From the UHGV virus genome UHGV-0351052: 64,000 bases of DNA. The stretch is one strand, 5' to 3'. Below are positions 41,173 to 50,286 of the stretch, piece after piece. Numbering within the stretch: position 1 is the first letter of the stretch; every line of letters starts with the position of its first letter. The translations under genes and the position numbers were made by a program. The notes beneath the pieces were generated by a model. That model saw only the letters and a list, made by a program, of their open reading frames with translations. It was not told where the DNA came from and made no database searches. Source of the DNA: a virus.

Positions 41173-42137
41173 TGTATTCTTTAGAGGAATTTAATAACCA
41201 AGCAATAAACGCAGACTTCCAACGTAATAATATGTTTAGCTGCGTTTTTGCAACAACTCCATCAACTAAAAGCTCTTCGTTGATAAGTTCAATTAGCAAC
41301 TTTTCTTATAATAACTTGGGCCTAAATTCAAATTGGTTAGGATTAACTCAAGGTGATATTAATCAGGGAATTACCACGCTAATTACAGCTGGCACACAAA
41401 AACTGATAAGAAAATCAGGGGTTAGTAAATATCTTATTGGTGCCATGAGTCAACGTACAGTTCAAAGTTTATTAGGCTCATTCACAGTTGGTACATATTT
41501 AATTGACTTCTTTAACATGGCATATAACTCATCTGGATTGATGATATATTCTGTAAAAATGCCAGAGAACAGATTATCCTATGAAACTGACTGGAACTAT
41601 AATTCTCCTAATATTCGTATAACCGGAAGAGAATTAGATCCTTTGGTTATTTCATTTAGAATGGATTCAGAAGCTTGTAACTATCGTGCAATGCAAGACT
41701 GGGTTAACGCTGTTCAAGACCCAGTAACTGGACTGCGTGCTTTGCCACAAGATGTCGAGGCAGATATTCAGGTTAATCTTCATGCTCGTAATGGATTACC
41801 TCATACTGCAGTGATGTTCACCGGATGCATTCCAATGTCAGTGAGCGCTCCTGAGTTATCATATGATGGAGATAACCAAATAACTACGTTTGATGTTACT
41901 TTTGCGTATAGAGTCATGCAGGCTGGAGCAGTTGATAGACAAGCTGCGCTTGAGTGGCTTGAATCTGCTGCTATAAATGGCATTCAAAGCGTTCTCGGAA
42001 ATAGTGGAGGTGTTACTGGATTATCTAATTCGCTTTCACGACTTAGTAGATTAGGTGGAACTGCTGGAAGCATTTCAAACATTAATACTATGACGGGAAT
42101 TGTCAATTCGCAAAGTAAAATATTAGGAGCAATATAA
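41172..42137 (+). CDS. 54: Baseplate-tail tube initiator gp54
   Basis: 321 aa; order/size as in T4. Confidence 0.9.
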   Translation: MYSLEEFNNQAINADFQRNNMFSCVFATTPSTKSSSLISSISNFSYNNLGLNSNWLGLTQGDINQGITTLITAGTQKLIRKSGVSKYLIGAMSQRTVQSLLGSFTVGTYLIDFFNMAYNSSGLMIYSVKMPENRLSYETDWNYNSPNIRITGRELDPLVISFRMDSEACNYRAMQDWVNAVQDPVTGLRALPQDVEADIQVNLHARNGLPHTAVMFTGCIPMSVSAPELSYDGDNQITTFDVTFAYRVMQAGAVDRQAALEWLESAAINGIQSVLGNSGGVTGLSNSLSRLSRLGGTAGSISNINTMTGIVNSQSKILGAI

Positions 42138-42140
42138 CAA

Positions 42141-42171
42141 TGGGGACCGAAAGGTCCCCATATTTTTATTT
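42141..42171. terminator. Terminator hairpin after gp54 (TGGGGACC-GAAA-GGTCCCCA + T-rich tail)
   Basis: Perfect 8-bp stem with GNRA loop then TATTTTTATTT; marks end of the plus-strand late block. Confidence 0.8.
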
Positions 42172-42456
42172 GCGGAATGAAATGAAAGCAGAAACTGAAG
42201 CAACTAAACTATCTTCAATATAAACTTCAATTTTTACCGGAGCTTCTGACTCAAATTTACCTGTTACTACACCCTGAAAAATACTTTCAGTCTGTTCTGG
42301 CTTTGAAAAATTTTCAGAAGGAAAAATTCCAAACTTTTTATCTGTTCCGAAAATTTTGATAAATTCATCATAAACTGCTTCATTAAAAGCATTATCAGCA
42401 GGAATAACGCCTTCAACTACAAGTTCTTGACCTAAAAAGCGTAAAGAAGATTTCAT
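42166..42456 (-). CDS. Hypothetical protein (first gene of minus-strand block, downstream of promoter-like repeat)
   Basis: 96-aa ORF; GAGGA Shine-Dalgarno 8 nt upstream of ATG within the 54-bp repeat. Confidence 0.6.
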   Translation of the reverse strand: MKSSLRFLGQELVVEGVIPADNAFNEAVYDEFIKIFGTDKKFGIFPSENFSKPEQTESIFQGVVTGKFESEAPVKIEVYIEDSLVASVSAFISFRK

Positions 42457-42463
42457 TTTGTGT

Positions 42464-42517
42464 TCCTCATGTTATGTCAGTAAGACTACTATAACACAAC
42501 ACGAGGGACTTGTAAAC
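42464..42517 (-). promoter_or_regulatory. 54-bp element, copy 1: early-promoter-like (GTTTAC -35, TATAGT -10) plus leader with SD; identical to copy at 57900-57953
   Basis: Minus strand reads GTTTACAAGTCCCTCGTGTTGTGTTATAGTAGTCTTACTGACATAACATGAGGA. Confidence 0.6.
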
Positions 42518-44574
42518 TACATTTTGAACTTTTTAGACATTCCATTGATGTTAACCAAAGAAGCTAAGATTTGAGAAACTTCATTTTCCTCTTCTTTTGA
42601 TTCTTCTACAAGGAATTGATTAAATCCAGCCATTGGACGAACTTCACCAGTTTCCATTAGATGGTCGCCATCATATACTGATTCTTCTAATTGTTCAGAA
42701 GGAGGAACGATTGTACCTTCGATTAGATACTTGTTATAAGCAGTTTCTTTCATAAAGTACGTACTTACTTTATTAATCTTCAGTAAAATTCCACGCGGTA
42801 GAATAACTTCAGCTTCTGATGGAAATCCTGATAAATGACCTGGAACGATAACTTTGATTCGCTCAGCTCCTTTAATTACCATACCCACGCTAGTTTCAGC
42901 ATCTTCATTAGCATATGTAGAATGACTACCCATATGCATCAAATCTTCTGCATCAACAGAACCTTCTCCTTCGCCAGAAAATACTGCACCGGAATCATCT
43001 AGAGCCATATAGTTTTTACCATGCTCACCGAAGATATTTGGTTTAAGCGATGTGGATACGAAGTTCTTGAAATAGAACATTTTGTTTTCAATGTTATGAC
43101 GCAAAGTTTTAAAGGTAACTTCTTGTCCACGATAAAGCGTAGTTCCTGGAGGAAGAACTGAACCTTTAGCGAATGCAGAATCCAACGTCTCGATGTGCTT
43201 AATGGCACGTTCCATATATTCTTCACGGGTAGAATCTGGTTTACCCAAGAGGAACGAGTTCATTTCAACATATGAATCTGCACAATAATCTTCAATTACA
43301 TCAGACTCAGCCTGAGTCAGTCCTTTTGGAGTTACTTCGGTGCTTGCGTATTCATATGCCTGAGCAGCAGATTCATTAATCAATTTATAAATGCCATTCA
43401 TGACAAATTGAATAATAGCTACCTTTTCGTCTGGTGTGGCTTTAGAACCTTTAACTAAATCATTGATAATTTTCTTAATAACATCAAAGCTATTAGAAAT
43501 ATTAATGTCAGCGAGATCGCTTAAAATTTTATCGGTTTTATAATCAAAGAATTCTTTATTCTTTAAATATTCTTGAGAACCTTGATGTGTTATATCGCTC
43601 TGCAGCCTGATAGACGGATCACGTAAACGCGCATGGGCCAATGCAATATGATTTCGGAAGCTTTCTAGTTCATAATCGTTAGATTTAAAACGAGAGGCAC
43701 TTCTCATACCACCGATAGCTCCTTTGCCGAAGTTTGAACCAATCTGGATAACGCCAGAATTCATTGGTCCTTCTGCTTTATATACCGGAACTTTAGATTC
43801 AAACTCTTGATATTTCTTGGCAGCGAAGCTATCACCCTGAAGTGAAGCATCGACAGTAGAATATTGAGCTTGTGCTGCTAATCGACGACTAATTTTAGTT
43901 TTCTGAATAACCGCTTGGTCAGTACGTTTATCATTTTCTAAAGCAATAGAAGCAGCAACAGCGACAGCTTTAGGAACAGCATTACCTGTTTTAACGTCTA
44001 CATAAACATCACCGACCTTCGATTCAACTTTTGTGAATAACTCAGTTGAAATAGGAGGTACACCTGGAATGTCTTCTAAATTGGCATTTTTACGGTAAAC
44101 CATAATATATGCATACTTTTTATCATAGTCCCAGATTTCCTTTAAAAGAACATAACGACCTGCTCCTTTAGTACGTACTAAACGGTCAGCAATAACTTGC
44201 ATTTGACGAGCAGCTCCATTTGTTTTACTTTTTAGTACGCGGAATAAGCATGCGTCAATTTTATACTGTTTCATTGTTTGAAGAGCAGTATCAAAAACCG
44301 CATTAATGACACCAATTGGATTTCCACCCAAGTTTTTAAGTTTAACTAATGATAGTTTCTCATTAACACCTATCATTACGATATGCATCATTTTATCGCC
44401 TGGCTTAACGTTTTTATTTGTATCACCGCCAGAGGTGTATGTACAAAATCTAAATCCAGGAAGCACGCTTTCTTCACCGGCTTGAATAGCAAAAATTTGA
44501 GGTATTTTATGCTTAGGATTTAAGTTAACAACCGGCGCCGAAGCGCCGTCAAATAATTCTGTAATAAGTTCCAT
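42517..44574 (-). CDS. Alt-like ADP-ribosyltransferase, paralog A (downstream copy)
   Basis: 685 aa; C-terminal region has R (TTLYRGQ), S-T-S (FVSTSL) and E-x-E (SEAEVILPRG) motifs of R-S-E class ADP-ribosyltransferases; N-terminus homologous to paralog B. Confidence 0.85.
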   Translation of the reverse strand: MELITELFDGASAPVVNLNPKHKIPQIFAIQAGEESVLPGFRFCTYTSGGDTNKNVKPGDKMMHIVMIGVNEKLSLVKLKNLGGNPIGVINAVFDTALQTMKQYKIDACLFRVLKSKTNGAARQMQVIADRLVRTKGAGRYVLLKEIWDYDKKYAYIMVYRKNANLEDIPGVPPISTELFTKVESKVGDVYVDVKTGNAVPKAVAVAASIALENDKRTDQAVIQKTKISRRLAAQAQYSTVDASLQGDSFAAKKYQEFESKVPVYKAEGPMNSGVIQIGSNFGKGAIGGMRSASRFKSNDYELESFRNHIALAHARLRDPSIRLQSDITHQGSQEYLKNKEFFDYKTDKILSDLADINISNSFDVIKKIINDLVKGSKATPDEKVAIIQFVMNGIYKLINESAAQAYEYASTEVTPKGLTQAESDVIEDYCADSYVEMNSFLLGKPDSTREEYMERAIKHIETLDSAFAKGSVLPPGTTLYRGQEVTFKTLRHNIENKMFYFKNFVSTSLKPNIFGEHGKNYMALDDSGAVFSGEGEGSVDAEDLMHMGSHSTYANEDAETSVGMVIKGAERIKVIVPGHLSGFPSEAEVILPRGILLKINKVSTYFMKETAYNKYLIEGTIVPPSEQLEESVYDGDHLMETGEVRPMAGFNQFLVEESKEEENEVSQILASLVNINGMSKKFKM

Positions 44575-44577
44575 GAT

Positions 44578-46635
44578 TTATCCTTGAACGAACTTGTAAG
44601 GCATGTTTGCAATATCTATGCAAGATGCAATAATTCCAAGAGATGATTCTACTTTTTGTTTAACATTTGATGAAACAAATGATGCAAAATCAACTCTGTC
44701 TTCTATTTCAATATCACCTGTCATTGCAACTACTTCACCGGTTTCCATTAGACGGTCACCGTCATAAATTACTGATTCGGTGAGTTCTTCTGTAGTCATA
44801 ACTTCAGCTTGAATAAGCTTGTTGTTAGTTTTAGCTGTTCCATCATTGTAAGATGCGTCGGTTATTTTATTGACTTTGACCATCAATCCACGCGGCAAAA
44901 TGACTTCCATTTCATTTGAAGGCGCTAAACTTCCACCTGGTAAAACAACGTTGACTTTATCAGCCCCAGTAATAACCCATCCAATTCCAACTAAATTATC
45001 GCTAGAATTAACAAGTCCTTCATCGTTTTTATCGATAGAAATGTTTAGACGCTTTTCGTCTGGTAAAACACCCACAGCTGAATCAGTCATCCAAGTACCA
45101 AAAATGTTTGGATATAATGATGTTGATACAAAATTTCTAAAATAAAAAACTCGATTTTTTACCAATGCTTCATATATTGAAGGTAACATTCGCTGTGAAC
45201 GATATAAAGTAATACCTTTTGGCAGTCGATCACCATTTTTAAAGGCTGAATCTAAATTATCGATGGCTTGTTCTATTTCTGGTGCTGTTAAAATACTTGT
45301 ACGCTCATCTGGATTATATAATCCCAAAAGAGCATTATTCATGTCTACATATCCTGAACCTACGTATTCACGAATTCCGCGTTTTTGTGCCGGTGTGTAT
45401 TTAGATGAATCTTTATTTTCGACTATAGAATGCAATGACCATCCAACGGTAAGAGCATATCCACGTAATTCTCTTCGAATAATCTTTGTTTTTATTGCGT
45501 TCCAAGAATTTTGCACTAACTCATTCGCAGCATCTTGATTTAAATGCGAATGCTTGTTAATATTTCTTTCTAACCAAGCACCTTTATATTTTTCTAAAGT
45601 ATCATCAACTATAGAAGCAATAGTTTCTAAAGTTTTTATTGAAGTAATAGATTCTTTTCGTAATCTTTCTAAAGCTTTATTTTTTATTTCTGCATTAACA
45701 TCAGATTCTTTATCTTCAGGAATTATAGAAGCTTCTCTGAATGCCATTCCAGCTGTAACACTATTAAGAGCATTCTCTAATGCAAATCCTGAAGTAGAAA
45801 TAACAGTTAATTCGTTAGCATCAGAAATTAAAGGCGCGTCAGCGGGTTTATTTAATTCTGCTGCTGAAGCCTCAAATTTTTGAAACATTGGTGTTTCAAA
45901 TCTAGAAGATTCTAACGATTGACTTTGTGCAATTGCTCTACGGGAAATTTTAACTTTAACGATTACAGCTTGGTCAGAACGTTTATCATTTTCTTGCGCA
46001 ATAGATGCTGCAATTGCCTCGTTTTTAGTTACTTGAGCTCCAGTATCTTTATTGATATAAACATCACCGACCTTCGATTCAACCTTAGTAAAGAGCTCGG
46101 TACTAATTTCCGGAACTCCTGGAATGTCTTCTAGTGATACATTTTTGCGATGTATAAGAATATATGCATACTTTTTATCATAATCCCAGAGTTCCTTAAG
46201 AAGGACGTATCTGCCACCTGAACGACTACGGATAAGTCTATCAGCAATAACTTGAATCTGTCGAGCTTGACCAGCGGTTTTAGACTTAAGAATACGGAGC
46301 ATACAGGCATCAATTTTATACTGACGCATTGTTTGCATTGCAACAGTAAAAACTGAATTGATATAATTAATTGGGCTTGGACCGAGACCTTTTAATTTAG
46401 CAATTGAACCTTTAGCAGTTAATGTAAAAGGAACAATATGCATCATTTTATCGCCCATCTTTAAATCACGATTAGTATCACCTCCAGATGTATAGGTACA
46501 TAAACGAAAGCCTGGTTGTTCAATTGCGTCATCAACATGAACTGAAAAAATTTGCGGTATTTTCTTCTTTGGATTTAAGTTTGTAATTGGAAGAGTAGTA
46601 TCTTCGTCAAATAGTTCTGTAATTAGTTCCATCAT
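44578..46635 (-). CDS. alt: Alt-like ADP-ribosyltransferase, paralog B (upstream copy, behind late promoter)
   Basis: 685 aa; R (ITLYRSQ), FVSTSL and NEMEVILPRG motifs; N-terminus MMELITELFD... conserved with paralog A. Which copy corresponds to canonical alt is not certain. Confidence 0.85.
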   Translation of the reverse strand: MMELITELFDEDTTLPITNLNPKKKIPQIFSVHVDDAIEQPGFRLCTYTSGGDTNRDLKMGDKMMHIVPFTLTAKGSIAKLKGLGPSPINYINSVFTVAMQTMRQYKIDACMLRILKSKTAGQARQIQVIADRLIRSRSGGRYVLLKELWDYDKKYAYILIHRKNVSLEDIPGVPEISTELFTKVESKVGDVYINKDTGAQVTKNEAIAASIAQENDKRSDQAVIVKVKISRRAIAQSQSLESSRFETPMFQKFEASAAELNKPADAPLISDANELTVISTSGFALENALNSVTAGMAFREASIIPEDKESDVNAEIKNKALERLRKESITSIKTLETIASIVDDTLEKYKGAWLERNINKHSHLNQDAANELVQNSWNAIKTKIIRRELRGYALTVGWSLHSIVENKDSSKYTPAQKRGIREYVGSGYVDMNNALLGLYNPDERTSILTAPEIEQAIDNLDSAFKNGDRLPKGITLYRSQRMLPSIYEALVKNRVFYFRNFVSTSLYPNIFGTWMTDSAVGVLPDEKRLNISIDKNDEGLVNSSDNLVGIGWVITGADKVNVVLPGGSLAPSNEMEVILPRGLMVKVNKITDASYNDGTAKTNNKLIQAEVMTTEELTESVIYDGDRLMETGEVVAMTGDIEIEDRVDFASFVSSNVKQKVESSLGIIASCIDIANMPYKFVQG

Positions 46636-46655
46636 ATCCTCTCTAGTGTTTATTC

Positions 46656-46663
46656 TATTTATA
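46656..46663 (-). promoter_or_regulatory. Late promoter box TATAAATA (minus strand) upstream of Alt paralog B
   Basis: Complement of 46656-46663 reads TATAAATA about 20 nt upstream of the ATG. Confidence 0.6.
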
Positions 46664-46685
46664 AAATTAAAGGCCCGAAGGCCTT
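46661..46685 (-). terminator. Terminator hairpin downstream of the gene 30 unit (minus strand)
   Basis: AAGGCC-UUCG-GGCCUU followed by T-rich tract on minus strand. Confidence 0.6.
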
Positions 46686-46873
46686 TAGTAATCTAGTGGT
46701 AAGAGAGTACGATATATTTCAAACTTTGGACCTTTTTCATAGGCATCAAATGTTTCTGTGAATTTATTATAAGCATATGCATCTACAAATTCGAGAATGA
46801 CTTGTGATACAGAAGTAGAAACATCTCCACCTTCTTTTTGAGCAATGACAATTGTTTCTAAGTAAGCTTTCAT
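46685..46873 (-). CDS. Small hypothetical protein translationally coupled to DNA ligase gene
   Basis: 62-aa ORF; ATG overlaps gp30 stop (ATGA). Confidence 0.55.
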   Translation of the reverse strand: MKAYLETIVIAQKEGGDVSTSVSQVILEFVDAYAYNKFTETFDAYEKGPKFEIYRTLLPLDY

Positions 46874-48333
46874 AAACCAGTTACCTCATGAAAATCACCA
46901 AATACATCTTCGAACGTATTAGCTTTAGTTTTATCTTCGCGTAAACGAATCGCAATCGGAAGAAATAATTTAACGTAATCAGTGCGGCCATCAGATTTTA
47001 ACCAACCGTTGCATTCGCACTCTAGAATTTTTCCAATATAATAATTTTGGTTTTCCATAATGCGAGTACGGTCAAGTTCATGCGATTTTACACCGGCTTT
47101 ATCTTTTAAGCCTGAACCAGCATTTACTTTAATTTTTCCACATTCTGATTCAAGAATAAATCCACCCGCTTTAGTAGGGTCTTTGCGGTGAGGATAAATT
47201 CCTACAATTTTTAAATCAACATCAATTACTTCTTTAAATTTATAGAGATTTTTTGAACGAGCATTTTCCCATAATCCATCGATATTTTTGAGAATAATAC
47301 CTTCAAGACCTTGGTCAATATACTTTTTATAAATTACCTTAGCTTCATCTAGGTTATTTACTACCTGGTTTTCAATTAAAATTACTTTATCATATCCTGA
47401 TGTCATTTGTTCTAGTTTAGAAAAACGTACATCATATTTTAAACGAAACGCTGGAAGACCGTATATTTCTACCAACGGGACATAATCCCAGACCTGAAAC
47501 TTCATGCATTGAGCTTCTTTTTCAGAAATGGTTCCCTTTAAAGATTTATTGGCGATTCCATTAGAAGTAGTACGAGATTCCGCTACTTCGGCGAATTCTT
47601 TAGCTTTACTAATTTCAGGATAAGCATCAAAAAGAAAATCTAGGCCTTCTGGTTCCTTTTTAACTTGCTCATGGTATACCAATTCGCCATCAATTAACAC
47701 ACCTTCTGGATGAATCTGGCGGGCTTCAGCAGTCATTTTGATTAATTCTTCCTTAAGAAGATCTAATCCTAGATATTCATTACCAGCTCGTGATAAAAGA
47801 CGAACATCATCTAATTCATCGCCTCGGACTTCAGCAAAACACCGGGCTCCATCTGCTTTTAACTGTGCAAAGGCTGGAAATTTGATATTCTTACTAATGC
47901 CTTTTTCATCATAAGAACTTGCCAGCATTTGAGGTTGTTCAGGAATTAAACCTGGCCAAACTTTGTTTGCAATAGATACTGAAGCACCGCATTCAAGATC
48001 TCGCATCATCACTCGACGCAAAACTTCAACATCATCCTTTTTACCATCAGTGATATATCCAGTTAATTCCTCAATTGCAGCATTTCCAGTCAATTTCCGA
48101 GTAGCTAACGTGAATTCAATGAAGTCAAGCATATCGGTAATAGTCAGCATTCCAAAACTCTGGGTAGCAATACCAGGTTTAGGCCATTTCTTGATATAAT
48201 ACTGCAACCCACGAGAATAAGTTAGACGATATACTCGTTTAAGCAATTCATTATCTTTATTCTTTTCAAGAATTGCTTGCTTCTGCTTAGTTGAACCAAT
48301 AGATGCTATTTCGTTCAGAATTTTAAGAATCAT
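46870..48333 (-). CDS. 30: ATP-dependent DNA ligase gp30
   Basis: 487 aa; begins MILKILNEIASIGSTKQKQAILEKNKDNELLKRVY, adenylation motif in AQLKADGARC; matches T4 DNA ligase. Confidence 0.95.
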   Translation of the reverse strand: MILKILNEIASIGSTKQKQAILEKNKDNELLKRVYRLTYSRGLQYYIKKWPKPGIATQSFGMLTITDMLDFIEFTLATRKLTGNAAIEELTGYITDGKKDDVEVLRRVMMRDLECGASVSIANKVWPGLIPEQPQMLASSYDEKGISKNIKFPAFAQLKADGARCFAEVRGDELDDVRLLSRAGNEYLGLDLLKEELIKMTAEARQIHPEGVLIDGELVYHEQVKKEPEGLDFLFDAYPEISKAKEFAEVAESRTTSNGIANKSLKGTISEKEAQCMKFQVWDYVPLVEIYGLPAFRLKYDVRFSKLEQMTSGYDKVILIENQVVNNLDEAKVIYKKYIDQGLEGIILKNIDGLWENARSKNLYKFKEVIDVDLKIVGIYPHRKDPTKAGGFILESECGKIKVNAGSGLKDKAGVKSHELDRTRIMENQNYYIGKILECECNGWLKSDGRTDYVKLFLPIAIRLREDKTKANTFEDVFGDFHEVTGL

Positions 48334-48599
48334 TATTCATCCTTCAGAGTTTGGTTTACAGCTCTATTATAAATCAATTCATCATTAAGCTCAGTCAAAG
48401 ACTTATGATATGTGGTTCTAACTTTATTTCCTTGCATCCAGTGCTTGATATAAATGAAACCTTGCTCTACACATTTTTTAAAAATTCGTTCATCTTTTTG
48501 AGCTCGGAATTCTGGATTGCATCTAAAAAATTGATTTACGTGACCGTAATCACGTGTAGTATTACCTTCATTTTCATAAATAGTGTGAACGACAAACAT
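48333..48599 (-). CDS. Hypothetical protein (30.1-like position)
   Basis: 88-aa ORF immediately upstream of ligase. Confidence 0.6.
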   Translation of the reverse strand: MFVVHTIYENEGNTTRDYGHVNQFFRCNPEFRAQKDERIFKKCVEQGFIYIKHWMQGNKVRTTYHKSLTELNDELIYNRAVNQTLKDE

Positions 48600-49438
48600 T
48601 AGAATGCTCCTTGGAAAATATTATTAGCACCAGTAGGTCTATTATACAAATACTCTATGCCACCGGGTTTAATATAGTTCCATGTCTGAAACGGATGCGT
48701 CTGATATGGATGATATAGATGATTATAAGGATTAAATCCAGGAGTTCTCCAGGTAGTGTTCCAAGGAAAAGAATTGTTTTTGATCATCTTTTCAATTACA
48801 TCTTTTATAGCTTTTTCACTATCAAAACTTTCTTTATTTTCCTTCGATGGAAAAAGCTTATTCTCTACATCGTTCCATGTATAAACTCGCTGAGCAGTTT
48901 TTGGAATACTGTCACGTTCCCCTCGAGCCATCCAATAAACAGGAACACTTAATATTTCACTCGCGTGATCGCAGTGGTGAGCGAGATCGTCAATATAACA
49001 AATTACGTTATATTTCTCTTTTGCCTTTTTGAACAACTCTTCTTTTGAAGAATCATGACCACACATCATTACTTCTGAGAAGGCACCAGGAAAAAGAGCA
49101 TTCAAATTAAATTGACGATTCAACAGAGCGTCAATAGAATCACCCAATGCTGTAACAGCAACAAAATTATAATCTTCTTTTAATTTGTTAATTACACATA
49201 GAGCATCTTTATACGGAGACAAGTAACGAATAAAATCTGAACGATTGTATTTTTCAATTAACTTGACGCCAAGTTCTTCATCACAATTAAAGAGTTTACC
49301 AGGAGAAATAAATTTCTCATCTTGGATCATTTTTAAAATATGTTCTAATGGAAGATTATATTTCTGAGCAAAATAAGGAAGGCCTGATTGCCAGCTTAAA
49401 CATACTCCATCAATATCAGTTAAAATAGTAGGCTTCAT
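48599..49438 (-). CDS. HAD-superfamily-like hydrolase with aromatic/Pro-rich C-terminal extension (30.2-like position)
   Basis: 279 aa; N-terminal LTDIDGV (HAD motif I-like DxDGx) and later YIDD; C-terminal 80 aa rich in W/Y/P/N. Confidence 0.6.
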   Translation of the reverse strand: MKPTILTDIDGVCLSWQSGLPYFAQKYNLPLEHILKMIQDEKFISPGKLFNCDEELGVKLIEKYNRSDFIRYLSPYKDALCVINKLKEDYNFVAVTALGDSIDALLNRQFNLNALFPGAFSEVMMCGHDSSKEELFKKAKEKYNVICYIDDLAHHCDHASEILSVPVYWMARGERDSIPKTAQRVYTWNDVENKLFPSKENKESFDSEKAIKDVIEKMIKNNSFPWNTTWRTPGFNPYNHLYHPYQTHPFQTWNYIKPGGIEYLYNRPTGANNIFQGAF

Positions 49439-49899
49439 AGAGAGTCTCTTAATAGGTTTAACACATCAATAAATTCAGCTTCGGTTAGTATTGTATCATC
49501 TTTTGTTAGACCACTAGCCATGCTGTGCTTCAAAACTTTTCCTTTCGAGGCTTGTAATGCATCACGAAAGCCCTTGTTTTGGATCGCTGCTTCAAAATAT
49601 GCATTTGTGTATAATTCTTTCCACGCCGGGGAGTATCTTGAAAACGGAACTCCAAGCCAGAAGAGGGTCCCACGGTCCTGAGCTCTAGCATAAGACCTTC
49701 CAGCTTGTTGGGCGGCAATCCCGGATAACCCAAATATACGACGTTGTTGTTCAGCATTTTTCACCTTACATCCTTGAAGGAATCCTTCGAGACCTCCAAA
49801 TTGGATACCATCCATAACGAAAGGCCATTGGGCGAAATTGCTTAATGCACATGATGGCCATCTAAAATTGCTTCTTATTTCTAGCTCAGACATTTTCAA
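49435..49899 (-). CDS. NADAR / YbiA-like domain protein (30.3-like position)
   Basis: 154 aa; segment LSNFAQWPFVMDGIQFGGLEGFLQGCKV parallels the YbiA/NADAR core FSNFAAWPIKVDGKTWPTSEHYFQAQKF as I recall it. Confidence 0.6.
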   Translation of the reverse strand: MKMSELEIRSNFRWPSCALSNFAQWPFVMDGIQFGGLEGFLQGCKVKNAEQQRRIFGLSGIAAQQAGRSYARAQDRGTLFWLGVPFSRYSPAWKELYTNAYFEAAIQNKGFRDALQASKGKVLKHSMASGLTKDDTILTEAEFIDVLNLLRDSL

Positions 49900-50092
49900 T
49901 ACTTATAATTTCAACATCAGCCCAATGACCATAGCAAGGAAGACGAAATTCAACTGGCCAGTTAGGGTCCTTTTCTAATATAATAGACTTAACTTGTGGT
50001 TCTTCATGTTCATCGGTATATGGATTTTTATCTGTTACTTTATATGTGACCTTAATGTACTGAATTCCAAAAATCTTATTAATTATATTCAT
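49886..50092 (-). CDS. Hypothetical small protein
   Basis: 68-aa ORF in tightly packed overlapping minus-strand array. Confidence 0.5.
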   Translation of the reverse strand: MNIINKIFGIQYIKVTYKVTDKNPYTDEHEEPQVKSIILEKDPNWPVEFRLPCYGHWADVEIISIENV

Positions 50093-50286
50093 ACTAATTC
50101 CTTTAATCCGTAGATAGGAGATAATTCATCACCCATACGAAGGTCTTCATTTCCATCTACCCAGGAAACAATATAAGCCTCTTTTATTTGAATACCACTC
50201 CATTTAAATGGAGGTAGAACCTTAGAAATTAATCCAGGTATACCAACTCCCTTTAATTCAACAGTTTGACCTAAAAAGAATTTCAT
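50089..50286 (-). CDS. Hypothetical small protein
   Basis: 65-aa ORF, ATGA-type overlap with neighbours. Confidence 0.5.
   Translation of the reverse strand: MKFFLGQTVELKGVGIPGLISKVLPPFKWSGIQIKEAYIVSWVDGNEDLRMGDELSPIYGLKELV

Noticed and set aside
45263-46134. Several plus-strand ORFs (71-109 aa) inside the Alt paralog B gene
   Set aside because: Antisense to a long, motif-supported ORF; no promoters or RBS seen.
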